Source: Chrysomallon squamiferum
Lineage: Eukaryota > Animalia > Mollusca
Direction: 5' to 3'
NCBI GenBank assembly: GCA_012295275.1
Contig: CM022667.1
Coordinates: 10,416,001 to 10,480,000, forward strand
DNA: 64,000 nucleotides
Shown: one piece after another, positions 25,171 through 48,009 of the stretch
Layout of the letters: each line of letters begins with the position of its first letter
Position numbering within the stretch: the first letter of the stretch is position 1
The notes under the pieces: model-generated
Told to the model about the DNA's origin: nothing
The model's database searches: none
The model's input: only the letters and a program-made list of their open reading frames with translations
Program-made: the position numbers and the translations under genes

Positions 25171-25454
25171 AGCTCCTGATGTCTGGGTAGGAATAAAATA
25201 ACTAAAATAAAATATTTATTGTGGTATTTTAAGCTGTTTTCTACATTATTGTTCTTAAAAGTACAGTAAGAGTCTGTATCATTTTTTCACAAATATATAT
25301 ATTTTTAATGCTTTTGCTTTTTAATTTTATCTTTTATTCATATACCGTCAGTATCAAAAAAAAAAAAGAAGAAGAAGAAAAACAAAAGTTTCTCATTCTA
25401 TAACTAATGATATCATTGTGTTTTACAGAGAATTGTTTATTTAATTTCAGGACA

Positions 25455-33644
<8,190 letters not shown>

Positions 33645-34127
33645 AAAGAAAGATCAGGACAGTGAAAGCAGAAGTCGTAATTAAAATCCTCCCTCGAAAA
33701 AAAACAACAAAAAAACCAAACAATGGATATGGTGAATTTACATTCATGATCATTGATACAAGAACAGCAGAAATAGTGACTATTGTGATTGTCAGTGATT
33801 GCATGACACTTAACACTACAGTGAATACTAATTACTGACACAGACTACAAAACGATACTAGAAAAAAAATCGCAGAGAAACTTTATCTAGTATTAGTTTT
33901 TTTGTTACTGAGTAAGTTTGACATTAAATTAAGGAGAGAAATTTCTTTTCAACAACAATGCTTTTTTTCTTCTTCTATTCTTTTTTTTTTTTTTTAATCT
34001 TTTTATTCAAAAGAAAACGTTTTGTGATTTGTGAAATATGAACGAAGGAATGGATTTCGAATTGTTCGAAATGAAATAAAGAACAAAGAAATAAAGACTT
34101 TTTTTTAAAACGATAATTGCTTGTTTT

Positions 34128-34305
34128 AGTGAGTTATCGTCCCTAGCAATTCTGAGTGATCTCCCCTAACAACATTGCGTGATATCCCTTAATGATAACC
34201 GGTTAATCCTCCATACAAATGTAACCTCCCCTAACTGAATAACACCCATTACAATCCTGAGTTATCTTCCTTATCAAATCTAGCATGATTTCCCAATTTC
34301 TCCCT
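34128..34305. repeat. Degenerate ~24-bp minisatellite (~CTGAGTGATCTCCCCTAACAAT)
   Basis: Several imperfect copies lie downstream of CRISP-like gene 2. Confidence 0.5.
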
Positions 34306-34972
34306 GCACTAACGAAAACGAAACGCAGCAGTGAAAACGTTAAATTTACTGTGGGTTTACCAAATTTACAATGTTCAGTTATTGTAATAATTTAAATATT
34401 GAATCTTATTCTCTCCTCATATTCTTTCATCATAATCGTATATAATCCAAACGAATGAAATTAAATCTAACTACGAGATTACGGAAAGCAAAAATTTTGT
34501 AGGAATAAATAAACGAAGTCCTTACCGCTAATTTCCAAACCGGTCTTCTTCGTAATAACCAGCTATGACGTCATATCCTTAACAACCTTTGTTTAATTTG
34601 CATACGTGATAGTGCCAGCTGCATCTTTTCCTTGCAGACGTAAATTAGCGGTGTCGTCGTCTGTGAAGTACTTTCTCTAGACAATCGGATTAAACCACCT
34701 AATTCAAAACGCCCACTTGTCCCCTGCAGTCATACTTACCATTACAATTATTTCTCTCAATTTATTACTTTACCCAGCCTTGGGATTTGCCGAGCATTGC
34801 TGAAAACAATAGAATAGCATTTTACCGAAAAGTATGAAAAGGTCATCAAATAATAATTGTTATTAAAAAGCGGCAAAATAAACTGACTGCCGATTATTTG
34901 CATTGGGAAAAAAATGTTATTGCAAGTTAAACGTTTGGTTTTTGTTTAAAAATTATGATTTTATTAACTCAT

Positions 34973-35041
<69 letters not shown>

Positions 35042-36540
35042 GTCTCTCTCTCTCTCTCTCTCGCACATAGCTCGTTTTCTTTAAAAAGAATTATGTTAGT
35101 AATTTAGCATTCTTTATATTCTGTCTCTCTGTCTAACTTTTTCTCTCGCATTCACTCTCGCTCTGTCTTTAACCAGATATATGTCATAAACAAAATTACG
35201 CTATGTTTTTTGTCACATAAAAACTCCGACACCTAATAAAAAATTGGATTTATTAAAAATTAAAAAGAGAAAGAGAAAAATAATAAAATCAAAGAAAAAA
35301 TGAGAAAATAAAAGTCAATTGAAAAAACAAATCTGAAAAGAAAAATGAGATATTAATGAAATTAAATTCAATATATATAACTATTATTAGCTTTTACGAT
35401 CATTATCTTTTGTTTCATTACAATAATAATAATATTATTAATAATAATAACAACAACAATTACAGTAAAATATAACACTGTAAATAAAAATAGTCAAAAA
35501 AATAAATAAATGCAAACAGACGTTAAAAAAAGTTAATACAGTCAAAAGAATACATGAATTTAATTAGATAAATGGACAAATGATCAACAAACAAATACAT
35601 GGATATATACAACAGAAAAATGAATTGAAGGAACAATTCAAATAAACTGAAGAAAATAAGAATACTGATGATTTTCTTTCTTTCTTTTTACACGCAAACG
35701 AATCACACACAAAGAAACGTTTTTGAAAAAAAATAAATTTTATAATTTGAATGTTAGCAGCTAAAATAATATTTTTAAAAATTTTAAAAGACATTTTCAA
35801 ATGTTTCACTTCAGAGACCATTTGAAAGTAAAAAATAAAACAAAAAATATATATTACTTTTATTTAGTTAAATCACAATATCTCATGCTATACCCTCAGC
35901 AGAAACTGGTATTTTATATGCACCCACACATATACAGAATTCATGACAAAGTCTTTTATACATGAGCACTAGTTGAAACGGGAAATAGTTTGATTATTTG
36001 TTTCAAAGAATTTTGATTTACCGGTCCTAACAACAAAATTTAATGTCAAGAAATTGTTTTTTTTTTTTGTTTTTTTATTATTTTTTTTTTTTTTTTTATT
36101 TTATTTTATTTTTTTTTTTTTTTTTTTTTTAAATGTTACTATATGAGGTTAATAAATTATCTGTTCTTCACTCTGTCTGTTTGTCTGGCTTTCTTTACCA
36201 AATAATAATTCATCTGTTATCTAAGTACATAAAACAGAAAACATTTTAAAAAGAATCAATTTTTTTTTTTTTTTTTTTCTTTTTATATAATTTTTTTTTT
36301 TTCAAAATTTCTCCATTAAGTAGTTTTCAGTTTGACCCTTTAGTACTAGCAGACAAAAGGTTCCATTTTCAATATATATATTTTGCTGTCATTGAGTCTC
36401 AAAAAGAAAAAAAAAAAATGAAAATGAATGCGCAGAAAAGTGCGGGGGTTGTAATTATTTATATTTCGTGAGAAAGCGACAGAGCGGGATTTAAACCTGA
36501 CCAGCGGTAGAATAAGAAGAGGTGAAGACAAATTCTTGTC

Positions 36541-37638
36541 GACTGGACATCGTAATTTTTAAAATTACAGAAGTTAAAGTGTGGGGGAAAGAAGAAAAAA
36601 AACAGGTTCAACTATACAGGTAAGGCTTTGCTTTGCAGATTTTGTGCGTATGCCTAATTCATAAGTGTTACATACTTACATGTAGTAGGTTTTTTTATAT
36701 ATATATATTAATAACTATAATTTTTTATATATATATGAATATATGTTAATATGCATGCGGTTTGTTTTTGATTTTTTTTTTTGCACTTGAGTTTAAGTTT
36801 AGCAAATATGTTTTATATATTGTTAGATGAAATTAATATTTACTGGCATTTTCATAACAAGCAGAAATGGTGGAAAGAATATACTGTTATTAATGATAAA
36901 GATGGATGGATGGATAGATAGATAGATAGATAGATAGACTGCACATTGTAATTTTGTTATAAGACAGCGTGGAAAAAAAAGGTGAAATTATAAATGTAAG
37001 GCTTTGCTTTGCAATTTTTTTACTTGTGCGTATGCGCATTCACATGTGTAATGTACATATGCGTTATATATTCTTACACATACGTTTCGTATATTGTTAC
37101 ATAAAATTAATATTTAAAAGCAGAAATCATGGAGAGAATATATTACTCTGTCTCTCTCGTATATTATATCTATTATTATTATTATTAATGATACAGATAG
37201 ATAGATAGATAGATAGATAGATACATAGATAGATAGATAGATAGATAGAAACACTGTCGACGGTACGTTATAATTTTCATACAACAGAAGCAAAAAATAA
37301 AAATAGAGCGAGGGAAAAATGGTTGCTTTACGCAGGTAAAACTTAGTTTTGCAGTTTTTGCACTTGTGCGTATGCGTATGCATAAACGTATGTACATGTG
37401 TGATATATACTAACATATAGTACGTTTTAATAATGTAATTTGTCAATATGAATATATATAGTAAATGTATGCGGTACGTTTTGTGCATTTACAGTTTCAG
37501 TTTAACAAATAAGTTTAGTTATAAAATTAATATTTACTATCATTTTTCATAACAAGTAGAAATCATGGAGAGAATATATTACTCTCTTTCTCTGTCTCAC
37601 TCTTTTTAATATAAGAATAATAGTATTATTAATGATAC

Positions 37639-37712
<74 letters not shown>
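36541..37712 (+). repeat. Three diverged tandem copies of a ~310-460-bp unit, each containing a donor-like site and ending in (GATA)n
   Basis: GTAAGGCTTTGCTTTGCA..TGTGCGTATGC at 36620 and 36995, with a variant at 37335. AGAAAT..GGA.AGAATAT..ATTAATGATA.AGAT..(GATA)n occurs three times. Confidence 0.8.
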
Positions 37713-37713
<1 letters not shown>

Positions 37714-37735
37714 CTGACAAATACATTTCCTATCG

Positions 37736-37825
<90 letters not shown>

Positions 37826-38190
37826 ATTATCAAATTAATTAGGAATAAATATTAATTAAAAATAATAGGTAAGAGATATGACATTATTCAGTACTTTAGT
37901 TATTACAGTATAAAAATAAGAATAAAAAAAAAAGAGAGTAAAGTTAGGAAAAACGCGCACAAATTACGTATAAAAAAAAAAAAAATATTCTGGTAAAAAA
38001 ATATTGTATATTTTTAATAAAAAAAAAAAAAAAAAAAAAAAAAAGAAATTAAAAATTAGAATAAATAAAAATATAATTAAATATAGACCGGTCGTATAAT
38101 CCACGTTTTGGGGATTTTTTTTTTTTTTTTTTTGTTCACATTTACTTCAGTTTTCATGAGATGTTCACGTTAACCCTTTCAGACTCGGAG

Positions 38191-38574
38191 ATGACGTCGA
38201 CGTCCCAACGCTACAGCCTCTGCGGCTTTCTGACAGTGTTAGTGTTAATTGCTTTAGTGGATTACACGCATTCCACCCGACAGCAGTGCAGACGTCAGAG
38301 AATCCGGCTCACCGTCGCGCACAAAGACTGCATTCCGAAAGTAGTTCCGGCGTTCGGCTGCACGGGCACATGCGCCGCCGATAACGGATTTTCCGCCAAT
38401 AGAACGTCCGAGCCTTCTCGGTGTTGTCAAGACGACAAGATAAGATCGACGAGCGTGTCGCTTATATGTCCGAAGTTTGACGGAAGCGGATTCACCCGAA
38501 TGAGAATTAGGGTAAACCTACCGATGTCGTGTCAGTGTGCTCCCTGTGAAGATTTGGATCAGACTATCGTCTGA
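38191..38574 (+). CDS. Bursicon-alpha-like cystine-knot secreted protein (127 aa, single coding exon)
   Basis: The ORF runs 38161-38574; the probable start is 38191, after acceptor ctttcag at 38182. Signal peptide (YSLCGFLTVLVLIALVDYTHS), then C..DCIPKVVPAFGCTGTC..RCCQDDKIRSTSVSLICPK..LPMSCQCAPC. This matches the bursicon-alpha pattern GCVPKPIPSFACxGxC..CCQE..VSLFCPK..PLECMCRPC. A probable non-coding first exon ends at donor CAG|GTAAGG, 36619. Confidence 0.85.
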   Translation: MTSTSQRYSLCGFLTVLVLIALVDYTHSTRQQCRRQRIRLTVAHKDCIPKVVPAFGCTGTCAADNGFSANRTSEPSRCCQDDKIRSTSVSLICPKFDGSGFTRMRIRVNLPMSCQCAPCEDLDQTIV

Positions 38575-38948
38575 TGTGCACATGCGCAGTAATCTTGACT
38601 GTTGAAAAGAAAAAAAAAAAAAAAATGTTCTTTTAACGGACCAGCCATAAAAACAACAACAACAACAAAAATAAATAAAAAAAATAAATAAATAAATAAA
38701 TAAAATAAGATCAGTCTGCCCGATTTACCGATCCAAGGACTCAAACAAATAGTTAAAAAGAAACAGAACAGAAACTGAAAAGACGATGAGAAAATAAATT
38801 TAAAAAATGGCGTTTCGTGTAGAACCCATTTAAAATTGAAAAAATAAGAATATTCAATGGAATGTTGTTGAAGTGAATGGAGTTTTTATTTTTTTATGTA
38901 CTAATTAATAGCAGATGGAGAGAAAATTAGATATGTATTAGACTTATG

Positions 38949-39008
<60 letters not shown>

Positions 39009-39594
39009 GGTCAGTGTTTGTTAACACCTTCATTTACAATTACTAATACAACAGTTGCTATTTCTACAATTACTACTAGTATGGTTACTATACTACTAAT
39101 ACTACAATTATACAGCTTTTACTACTACTAATTAACACTACAGTCATGCAGCTTTACTAACAATTATTTTAAAGAGGTACAACATGCTACTAACTACTAC
39201 TACTAGCTGTATAAATAATAAAATTAATTATTTATTTATTTTACTATTTTTTTGTTTTAAAAAAGTAAAAAAAACAAAACAAAACGATATTATTAATATT
39301 ATTAAATATATAAACGATGGAACTGTATAAATAATAAAATTAAATATTTATTTATTTATTTATTTATTTAAATCCAATTGTTTCATACAGGTGGACTCTT
39401 TATTCCTTCAAAAGTTCTTACGTATTAATATCTTACAACGTCCTCGAGTCTCGATTTGAACTACACACTTTCTGTCACAAACCTTGAAACTGGTTAACAA
39501 TAATCTCTTGTACTGCGTCTTCTGAAATGATCCAATCAAAATTAAATAACTTGAAAGTATTTCGATTTTTCTTTTCTTTTTCTTCTATTTAAAC

Positions 39595-39658
<64 letters not shown>

Positions 39659-40644
39659 AAATTAAATTAACTGTTCTGTGTGGTATGGCCTAAAACACGA
39701 CACGGATATTTCGCTTTTTATTGATGACATGGTTTACAAAATATGCAAAACGACGAAACCGTGTTGTGTGATATTGTGTGTGAATTTGCCTTCTTCTCTG
39801 TTCTTGTTTTGTACCAAATAAATCGTTAAAATTTAACCACTTGTGTAGTGTCACTGTTTAACACATCTTGTTACCTGGTGAGGTTAGTAATCCTGTAACC
39901 CGAAATAACCAGTTGTCGTTGTTTCCTATTTCCATGTCTTGAAATGATGTAAGATGTACGATTATTATTGTTATTAGTCTGTTTAATTTAATTTTTTCCT
40001 TGGATCATTTCAAACATTTTATTTTTATTTATTTATTTAATTAGTTAGTTAGTTATTATTGCTTTTGTTCTTCTTCTTCTTATTATTATTATTTTAAATT
40101 TTAATACTGTTTTATTTTAGTTTACCTTAATTTATTTTTAGTTTGTTCTATCTTCGTTATATCTTTTTCTGTTTTTAGAATAACAACATCGACAACACAT
40201 ATTTTTGAACAAATGATAATTACAGCAAGGCTTCAATTATACTAGCATCAGTCTTATTAGAATAGTACGAACTGAACAAGACATGAAATATTACTGAATT
40301 GAACTGAAAACAAGAACGTGCTATCAGAGCAAACTACCGTGAAGCACGTATGCGACAGTCACACAAGCTATTTAACAGTGAAGGGTGTTTTACATTCACG
40401 TGCCTGCTGTCAAAAATCACTGGACTCAGAAACAATTAGTGTAATGGACTTAGCGCGAAGGATTAATTATTAAAGCCTTTCTGACCTCGAGTAAATGTTT
40501 TATCAACAGCTGACACTATCGTAATAATCAAAAGTTGCGCAGTATACATTAAAGTGTATCTGTTATAAGCTATGTTTTATTTATTATGTTAATTTAATTC
40601 ATAACGAAATGTAACTACAAAATGGTACGAGTTAAAAAAAAAAT

Positions 40645-40775
40645 AGCAGGCCGTTGCCAGGTGCCATGATTTCGTAGTCCTGACGTCATTACTTTACTGT
40701 TTCAAACATCACATAAATAGGCAATACTTGATGACGTCACGACTGCAGTTGCCAAAGGATAAAATGGCGGCTTTC
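40645..40775. promoter_or_regulatory. Promoter-like motif cluster
   Basis: Two TGACGTCA sites (40681, 40732), a YY1-like AAAATGGCGG (~40761) and a reverse GACTACGAAATC (ZNF143-like) in a GC-richer island. Motif evidence only. Confidence 0.35.
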
Positions 40776-41754
40776 GAATGTGTAACAGTATTCGTTTCAT
40801 TGTCATACTTTGTTATAAGTCATAATAAGTTGCCCAAACAGTAAAATAATAATTTTGAAGTATAACATTTTTCATTAGACCATTAATCCGTACTGTCGTA
40901 ATAGTCTGTCGTGATGAAATTTTTTCAAATTCAGTTTTAAATCTAAAAGCTAATTCGGATACAAATTACGGATACGTATTTTATATTTTATACACTGGAA
41001 CTTTATAATAAATTGTCTTAGCTGCAGTACGTGGATGTAGAATCATTAATATTGAAAATGTGACAATAGCTTTCAGTACGACAACGTGTCCTAAAAGGGT
41101 ACTTTTTTTGTGATACGAAGAAACCGCCGAAATATATGTTTTTAGCACGTTCAAGATATGATTTGGCTGTACTACTGCTACTGCTACTTTATATATTTTA
41201 TATTATTTTATTTTAATTTATTTTTGCCATCCAAACTTAATTAATAATAAACTTTAACAACAAAAGAAGAGAGTATAATTTAAATATACTGGCGCGCATC
41301 CATTTTTCAACAGTACGTACTACTATTACTACTACTACTACTAACACTACATTTACTGCTATTACTATTACCCACCATCAATACCACTACAACTGCTACT
41401 ATTAGTAATACTTCTGTTTGTTACTACTACTATTACTGTTTCACTAACAATAATTACTATGTAATAACACATGACTTCAGAACTGTACGTTATTTTGATG
41501 ATTTATTACTAAGAAAAATTGGACCATATTTAAACAGTGACAGAGAAGCTTACTTTGTTGCAGATATTGTAACTGGATTGTTAATCCTAACTGATATATT
41601 TTCTGAAGTCAAGCATTACATGAACATTTATGAAAATACCTAACAAAATTATTTCTTTCTCTTGTTTAAGTTACTAAGTAAAATACCCTCCATTTTCGGT
41701 CTTATTTTTTGGTAGGTCTAGAAGAGTCATTTCCCTTTGATGGCTTATAACATT

Positions 41755-41791
<37 letters not shown>

Positions 41792-41887
41792 TGTATGTAT
41801 GTATGTATGTATGTATGTATGTATGTGTGTGTGTGTATGTATGTATGTATGTATGTATGTATGCATGTATGTATATGTGTGTATATT

Positions 41888-42288
41888 TATTTCCATTTTC
41901 ACACGTAAATATTACGAAAGGAAATTTCCAGTTAGCGAATCATCGGTTAAATTAAAGTAAATATTAATTAAGAAATTTCTAAGATACTTTATTACCAATG
42001 AAGGAGATTATCCAACGGTTATCCCCGTCGAAGATTAACTGTATCCAATCATTTAAAATTAGCTAATGGATAGATATTCGGTAAATGAGGATATTATAGA
42101 AAGTTATTTAAAATATTCTAAAAATAGATTTTAACAGGCACATAAATCAGCAGATTATTTAAAGAACCTCCGGCTGTTTCAGTTGATCTCCAAACGTCAT
42201 TTTGACGAATCTGTCAGGCACGTAACAAGAGTGGCGGAAATGAAGGTCACTAAGCAGTGACGTCACTGAACGAGATCTCGGTGCAATG
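41888..42288 (+). repeat. Duplicated non-coding block, copy 1 (homologous to 57000-57388)
   Basis: Near-identical core AACAGGCACATAAATCAGCAGATTATTTAAAGAACCTCCGGCTGTTTCAGTTGATCTCC..TCTCGGTGCAATG. Confidence 0.88.
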
Positions 42289-42343
42289 GTTAAACCACCG
42301 GAGTGAATTCAACACGTACCAGGATCGAGTCTTGTTTTCTCCG

Positions 42344-42384
<41 letters not shown>

Positions 42385-42738
42385 GATATGAATATAAAAT
42401 GGTGTTTTCTATAAATACAACTACTACTACCAGATGCGATGGTGGTAGGTAGCCGTTTAAGTAGTAATCGTAGCAGCAGTAGCACTGGTTGCAGTAACAG
42501 TAGACGATGCTATTGTTGTTGTAATTGTTGTCATATCGAGGAAACTTTATGCTTGGAATTGTTTCAGATTTTGGAATTTCAGAGAGATTTCACCGAAAGA
42601 GTTTTGAACATCGGAATTATGGATATGAGATTTTCATCCTGTAATAATAATATTAATAGTGGTAGCAGTCAAAGAACTAGAATAAGAAACACGACTACTA
42701 GTGTTATTGAAACTGTTCAGTAACACGCTCTCCCCTAA

Positions 42739-42803
<65 letters not shown>

Positions 42804-43488
42804 CCTAACCTGCCCAAACCTGCCTTAACCTAACCTAACCTAACCTAACTAAAAAATCAAAACCCCAGCAACAACAACAACAACAACAACAGTAATAAAT
42901 AAATAAATAAAACAGAAATGTTAAAATAATTTATCAGCCGAACACCGTAACAACTGCACGACACGAACGTTCACGAAAGTTGACGGACATTCACGATGGT
43001 CAGCGCTTTTAACACCTTCCCGAAATTAAACATCGCAACCATGCGGTGCCTCGGCGGGATTCTTTCAGCCGCTGTCGTTGACGGAACTCACGCAGCAGTC
43101 AGACGTTTGCTAAATGAAACAACACTTTAAACCCAGATCTGTAGTTAAAGCGTTATCTACGCGTTTAATTAGCTGTGATGTTTTACGGTGTAAGGTAAAG
43201 CAAATTATTATTACTCTGTTTCTCATTCTTTTGTGTTCTATTTCTATTTTCCTTTTCTTTCTTTTTTTAATGTTTTCGTTTTATTACTTTTGGGGTCTGT
43301 TTCTGTATTTAATTAATTACAATCATTTTTCTTTAATATCACTAAGGGGAAAAATTTTTATATATTTAGTTTATAAAATGTTATAACCATTATGTAGTGA
43401 ATGAATGCAAATATATGTATAACAGTTTTTCCTTTATGACAAAAATAAATCTCACAAAAAAGAGTTCAAATATAACATATAACGTTAA

Positions 43489-43658
43489 TATATTTTATCT
43501 AATGAGGATGTTTTTTCTTCACTTTAAAGGTATAAATATGTAGTCTTTGAATAATTTAATATACGTATGTGTATTCACATAGATTTTGTGTTTTAATAAA
43601 AAAAAATATCCAAGAGCAATAGCTAGAACGGGAGATAATGCAAGGATACATTTGATCA

Positions 43659-43740
<82 letters not shown>

Positions 43741-43747
43741 AGAGAGA
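43489..43747 (+). repeat. ~175-bp dispersed repeat ending in (GA)n, copy 2
   Basis: Direct-orientation homologue of 19248-19588. Confidence 0.85.
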
Positions 43748-45514
43748 CCATTTTAAACAGGATGAGATGGTGAGAGTTAGAGAGAAAAGCAGAAACAGAA
43801 GATAATGTTTGTATGCGCAGATTGAGAGATTGAGATTATAATTTACTGTTTTAAATAAAACAGATCTTTCCTGACCAAATTGAAAGAATAAATAAATACA
43901 AAAAAAAAAAGAAGTAATAATAATAACAACAAAAAGAATGAATGAATAAATAAATAAATGAATGAACAAGAATAAATAATAAATATTTTTTAAAATTCAC
44001 GTGGAGTACAAAACAATCGTATTTCACACAAAGCATAAAACACCGTGCTGCACGGGCAGTAATAACGTCATCACTTTCATTAACGTTGTTGTTGTTCAGC
44101 AAAACGAAACAAACGGCTTAAACATGCCGTGTTTCTTACATAATGTTACAGACATTCTCATATCACCCGGGAGCTACGATTTCGTTTTCATAATATTTGT
44201 AAAAGGAACGGTTCGTACACCTTTAAGACACTCCTTGTTACACAACTGAAACTTTCTTCAGCGCCCCAAAAGTCACTGAAGTGCCGGTAACGATCTTTCA
44301 TTGCCACATAAAGATCCTATCTTCCTGCAGAATGTGATTTTTATCAGTCGACAAAGTGTTGTTACCACCAAAACTATTACGTAACAATAACTATTATCAC
44401 TCCTGTTACAATAATGCGGGTAACAGACGTATGTATACCAGTGCGTCAACTTTGTTTTTGTAAATACTTTTTTCTGAGTAGTTTACAAGTGGCACAGAGC
44501 TTATGAACGGACGTTCTCTTTTGTGATTCCGTAATCCGATTATCCCATTATTATGCCAAGAATCTTGCTTCAGAGGGTATTTCTTATATTCTGGTGATTA
44601 AACACTGTTAACGACAAGTAACAATGGACGAAATTAGGTGTCAACGGGAAAGAGGTAAACCGGATGATTAATTCGTTCGATAGGACTATTATTCGTACTT
44701 TGATGCAATCACGAGTGACGCTGCGAGTCGATTTATTTAAACATGTCTCCCGCAGTTTGAGGTGAAGTCACATAAATATATTAATTGCTTGAAGCTACAA
44801 GTAAAAAGAAAAAAACAAGAAAGAGAGATTACGCTAATATCGGAAATGGATTTTTGCTTTAACAGTCAAAGCGAATGTGTGTTAAAGGTAAGAACGTGTT
44901 TTAATTAATTCAGTTGGCAACTGGTTTGTTTGTTGTGTTGCTTGGTTCGTTAATCTTTGTTGTTCTTTTATTTGATTCTGTTATATTTATATTACTTCTA
45001 CTACTATTAATACAGTTACCACTTCTGTTATTGTTATTGTAATAGTAATAGTTATTACTGTTATGTTGTACCTGTTACTGTTATCATTATTACTATTATT
45101 AAGTTTTTTAATATATGTATTTAACAACAACAACATTAACATTAACAACAATAATGATAATTATTATTATTTATATTAATACTACTACTATTATTATGTA
45201 TTTATTTAATAATAACAATAAGATTAATATTAATATTATTGTTATTATTATCATCATCATCATCATCATCATCAACATCATCATCATTTTTTCTAATCCT
45301 TTTAACATTACATTCTCTTATATAGCTGACATTTAAGTTAACTGGAATATTTAAAAATTAAGACAAGACCTCTAAGTTCTAGAATAGCTGGTATTTGTCT
45401 GGTCGTGATGTTACTGTCATCGCACAAAACGTGTTCACAGTCGAAAAATAAATATTTGACGGTTTAACAAGATCGTGTCAAATTGGAAAATATCTACTAT
45501 GTATATGATTATTT

Positions 45515-45579
<65 letters not shown>

Positions 45580-47024
45580 TCCTTAAAGATGACAAAGTTA
45601 AGGAAGTAAAAATTGCCTGCAGGTGATTCGGTGGTATATAAAAAAATAACATTAGTAAAAATTAAACAGGACTAAAGTCACGTAAGCATTCGTTAAAGTT
45701 CGTGAATTTGCGGAATGTTATTACGATTATCTAATACTATTCGTATTGGTCTTTATTCCATTTTGGTTATCGGTATTATGTGTGTAGTTATTATGTTAAT
45801 TAGTTTGTTACTTAATTATGGAAAAATAGCTTTCTTTCATGATCATATTACGCAAACAAACGTACGTATGCACATATACACACTTGTTTTATTCATGTAC
45901 CACACGGTGAAGAAAATTCTTAGTGATTATAATTATTATACTGTGCAAAAATCTTATAAGAATGCACTAAGCAAATTTACGTACGTATGTATGCCCATAC
46001 ACATTTGTTTTATCGTAGTAACATAGTAAAGAAAATTCGTTGAGTATAATATTACACTGTACAGAAATCGTATCAGAACACACTGTTTAAAACAAGATAG
46101 GCGAATATTGATGAATTATAAACCAGTAACGGCTGCTTTGTACAGGAAAAGGTCAGTCTCTTTTGTTGTCAACAAGCGTCTGTTTACAACGTAGCCGTTG
46201 TGATAATAAAATATAGTAGCCATTACCTTCTATTTACGCACCAGTAATTTTATCAAATTCTAAATAGGTCGGGTCAAAAAGTTGTGCCTGACCGATTTAC
46301 ATTGAAATAAAGTCGAAGATTTGTTATTATCTATTAAAGTTACACTGTCGTTTCAGAGTAAGTTATATGTATGTGTGTATGTATGTACGCGCGAACGTAC
46401 GTACGAACAAACAAACGAACGAACGAATGTAGGTATATATGCATGTAGAGAGAGAAAAACATATCTAGATTTAGCAAAATCACACATACACACACACACA
46501 CATACACACACACAAACAAACACTAGGTCTAAACACAAATAACAAAAAGTAGGTCATACAAACACTCAGTATTATACCTTTAACATCATAGTTACACCTT
46601 ATACGTCATAAATACGTCAGCATTCTCATCTGACCAATCAAAACTGTTCTATACTTAGCTCTATGGGGCTAGCAGTAACCATTAAACAAAACGAAACACT
46701 TGTCTTCCTTTGTAACTTCATTATTTAGAGCCTTACATCGACTCGGTCGAGGAAGAAAATAAAATTTATTTCCAGTGGTTCAGATTTGGAGAATATATAT
46801 ATATATCAGCTTTGTACTAAAATCAACGAAGGAGTGGTGATAGCAGGTAATAACGATAAGGGGTTATAGTCAACGTTCCAAAACGTGTTATAAGATCTGA
46901 TATTTACTTAATTATCTGTTATTAATAATTAAAATAATAACAACAAAAACAACAGTAAATAACATACACATATACATAGTATTAATATCATTATTATTGT
47001 TAGTGTTTTTCTTGTTGATATTAT

Positions 47025-47065
<41 letters not shown>

Positions 47066-47591
47066 TTCGGTAGTATTACTTGTATACAGAAATAATAATT
47101 ATAAATTTTCATTCATTAATTTTCATGTGAGTATCCGTGTGTCTACATATAATTCTGTCTCTGCGGTTTTAGTTAACTTTCAGTTTATTAGTAGCAACCT
47201 ATTTCTGTAATTTACTGTTAAGAACTTTGAGATGTTCAAGAAAAATGACGTGATGATTATCAAAGTTTATTTTTAGAGACTTGTTCCTATATTCTTATTT
47301 TAATGTACAAACAATACCACAGACCACGTTGCTGTACAAGTAATTACTGAGCTGAATTATCACCCTTTACAAACCTTGTTAACTACTGTTAAATCAGTGA
47401 CGTCATATAATGTATAAAAAGTATTCAAATTAAGTAAAGATGGGGGAGGGAAGGCAGACGCGCTTTTATTTCTTTATGGGGATTTCCTCCCAACAGTTTT
47501 AAGACTGTATATTAGAATTTACATCAGTTAATAACGTGATTTTTCTTTTTTATCTTTTTTCATCGTTCAGATAGGATTCAGCCAGTCAAAA

Positions 47592-47949
47592 ATGTCGGAA
47601 ACAACCAGTCTCCATGACAACATAGTCATAAGCATGGACGACCAATCAGAAGAGTTAGGTGCGCTTCCATCTTGGTCAAAAGGATCGTTCCTAACTTCCT
47701 GTCAAGAAGAAGAAATGGCGGCGACTATACTTCCGGTTTACGATCCTGCCCTTTTCGCTCGGAAGGACAGACTGGAAGATCTACGCAATCAGAAGAAGGT
47801 AATGAATATTAAAATTGTATTTATATATACATACCCATATACATAACTCCGACGATAACTGCTATTACAACTACCACAGCTATTACACCTACAACAACTA
47901 CAAATGGAACTGCTAAAATATAGTAAATAAATACGTCTTCTGTGACAAT

Positions 47950-48009
<60 letters not shown>

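Noticed and set aside
38161-38190. Upstream ATG extending the cystine-knot ORF by 10 aa
   Set aside because: It lies upstream of a good acceptor (ctttcag, 38182), so it is probably intronic. The acceptor at 38150 could include it in a minor isoform.
42802-42850. (TAACC)n telomere-like repeats
   Set aside because: Only a few units, embedded among other microsatellites; not evidence of a telomere or of arthropod origin.
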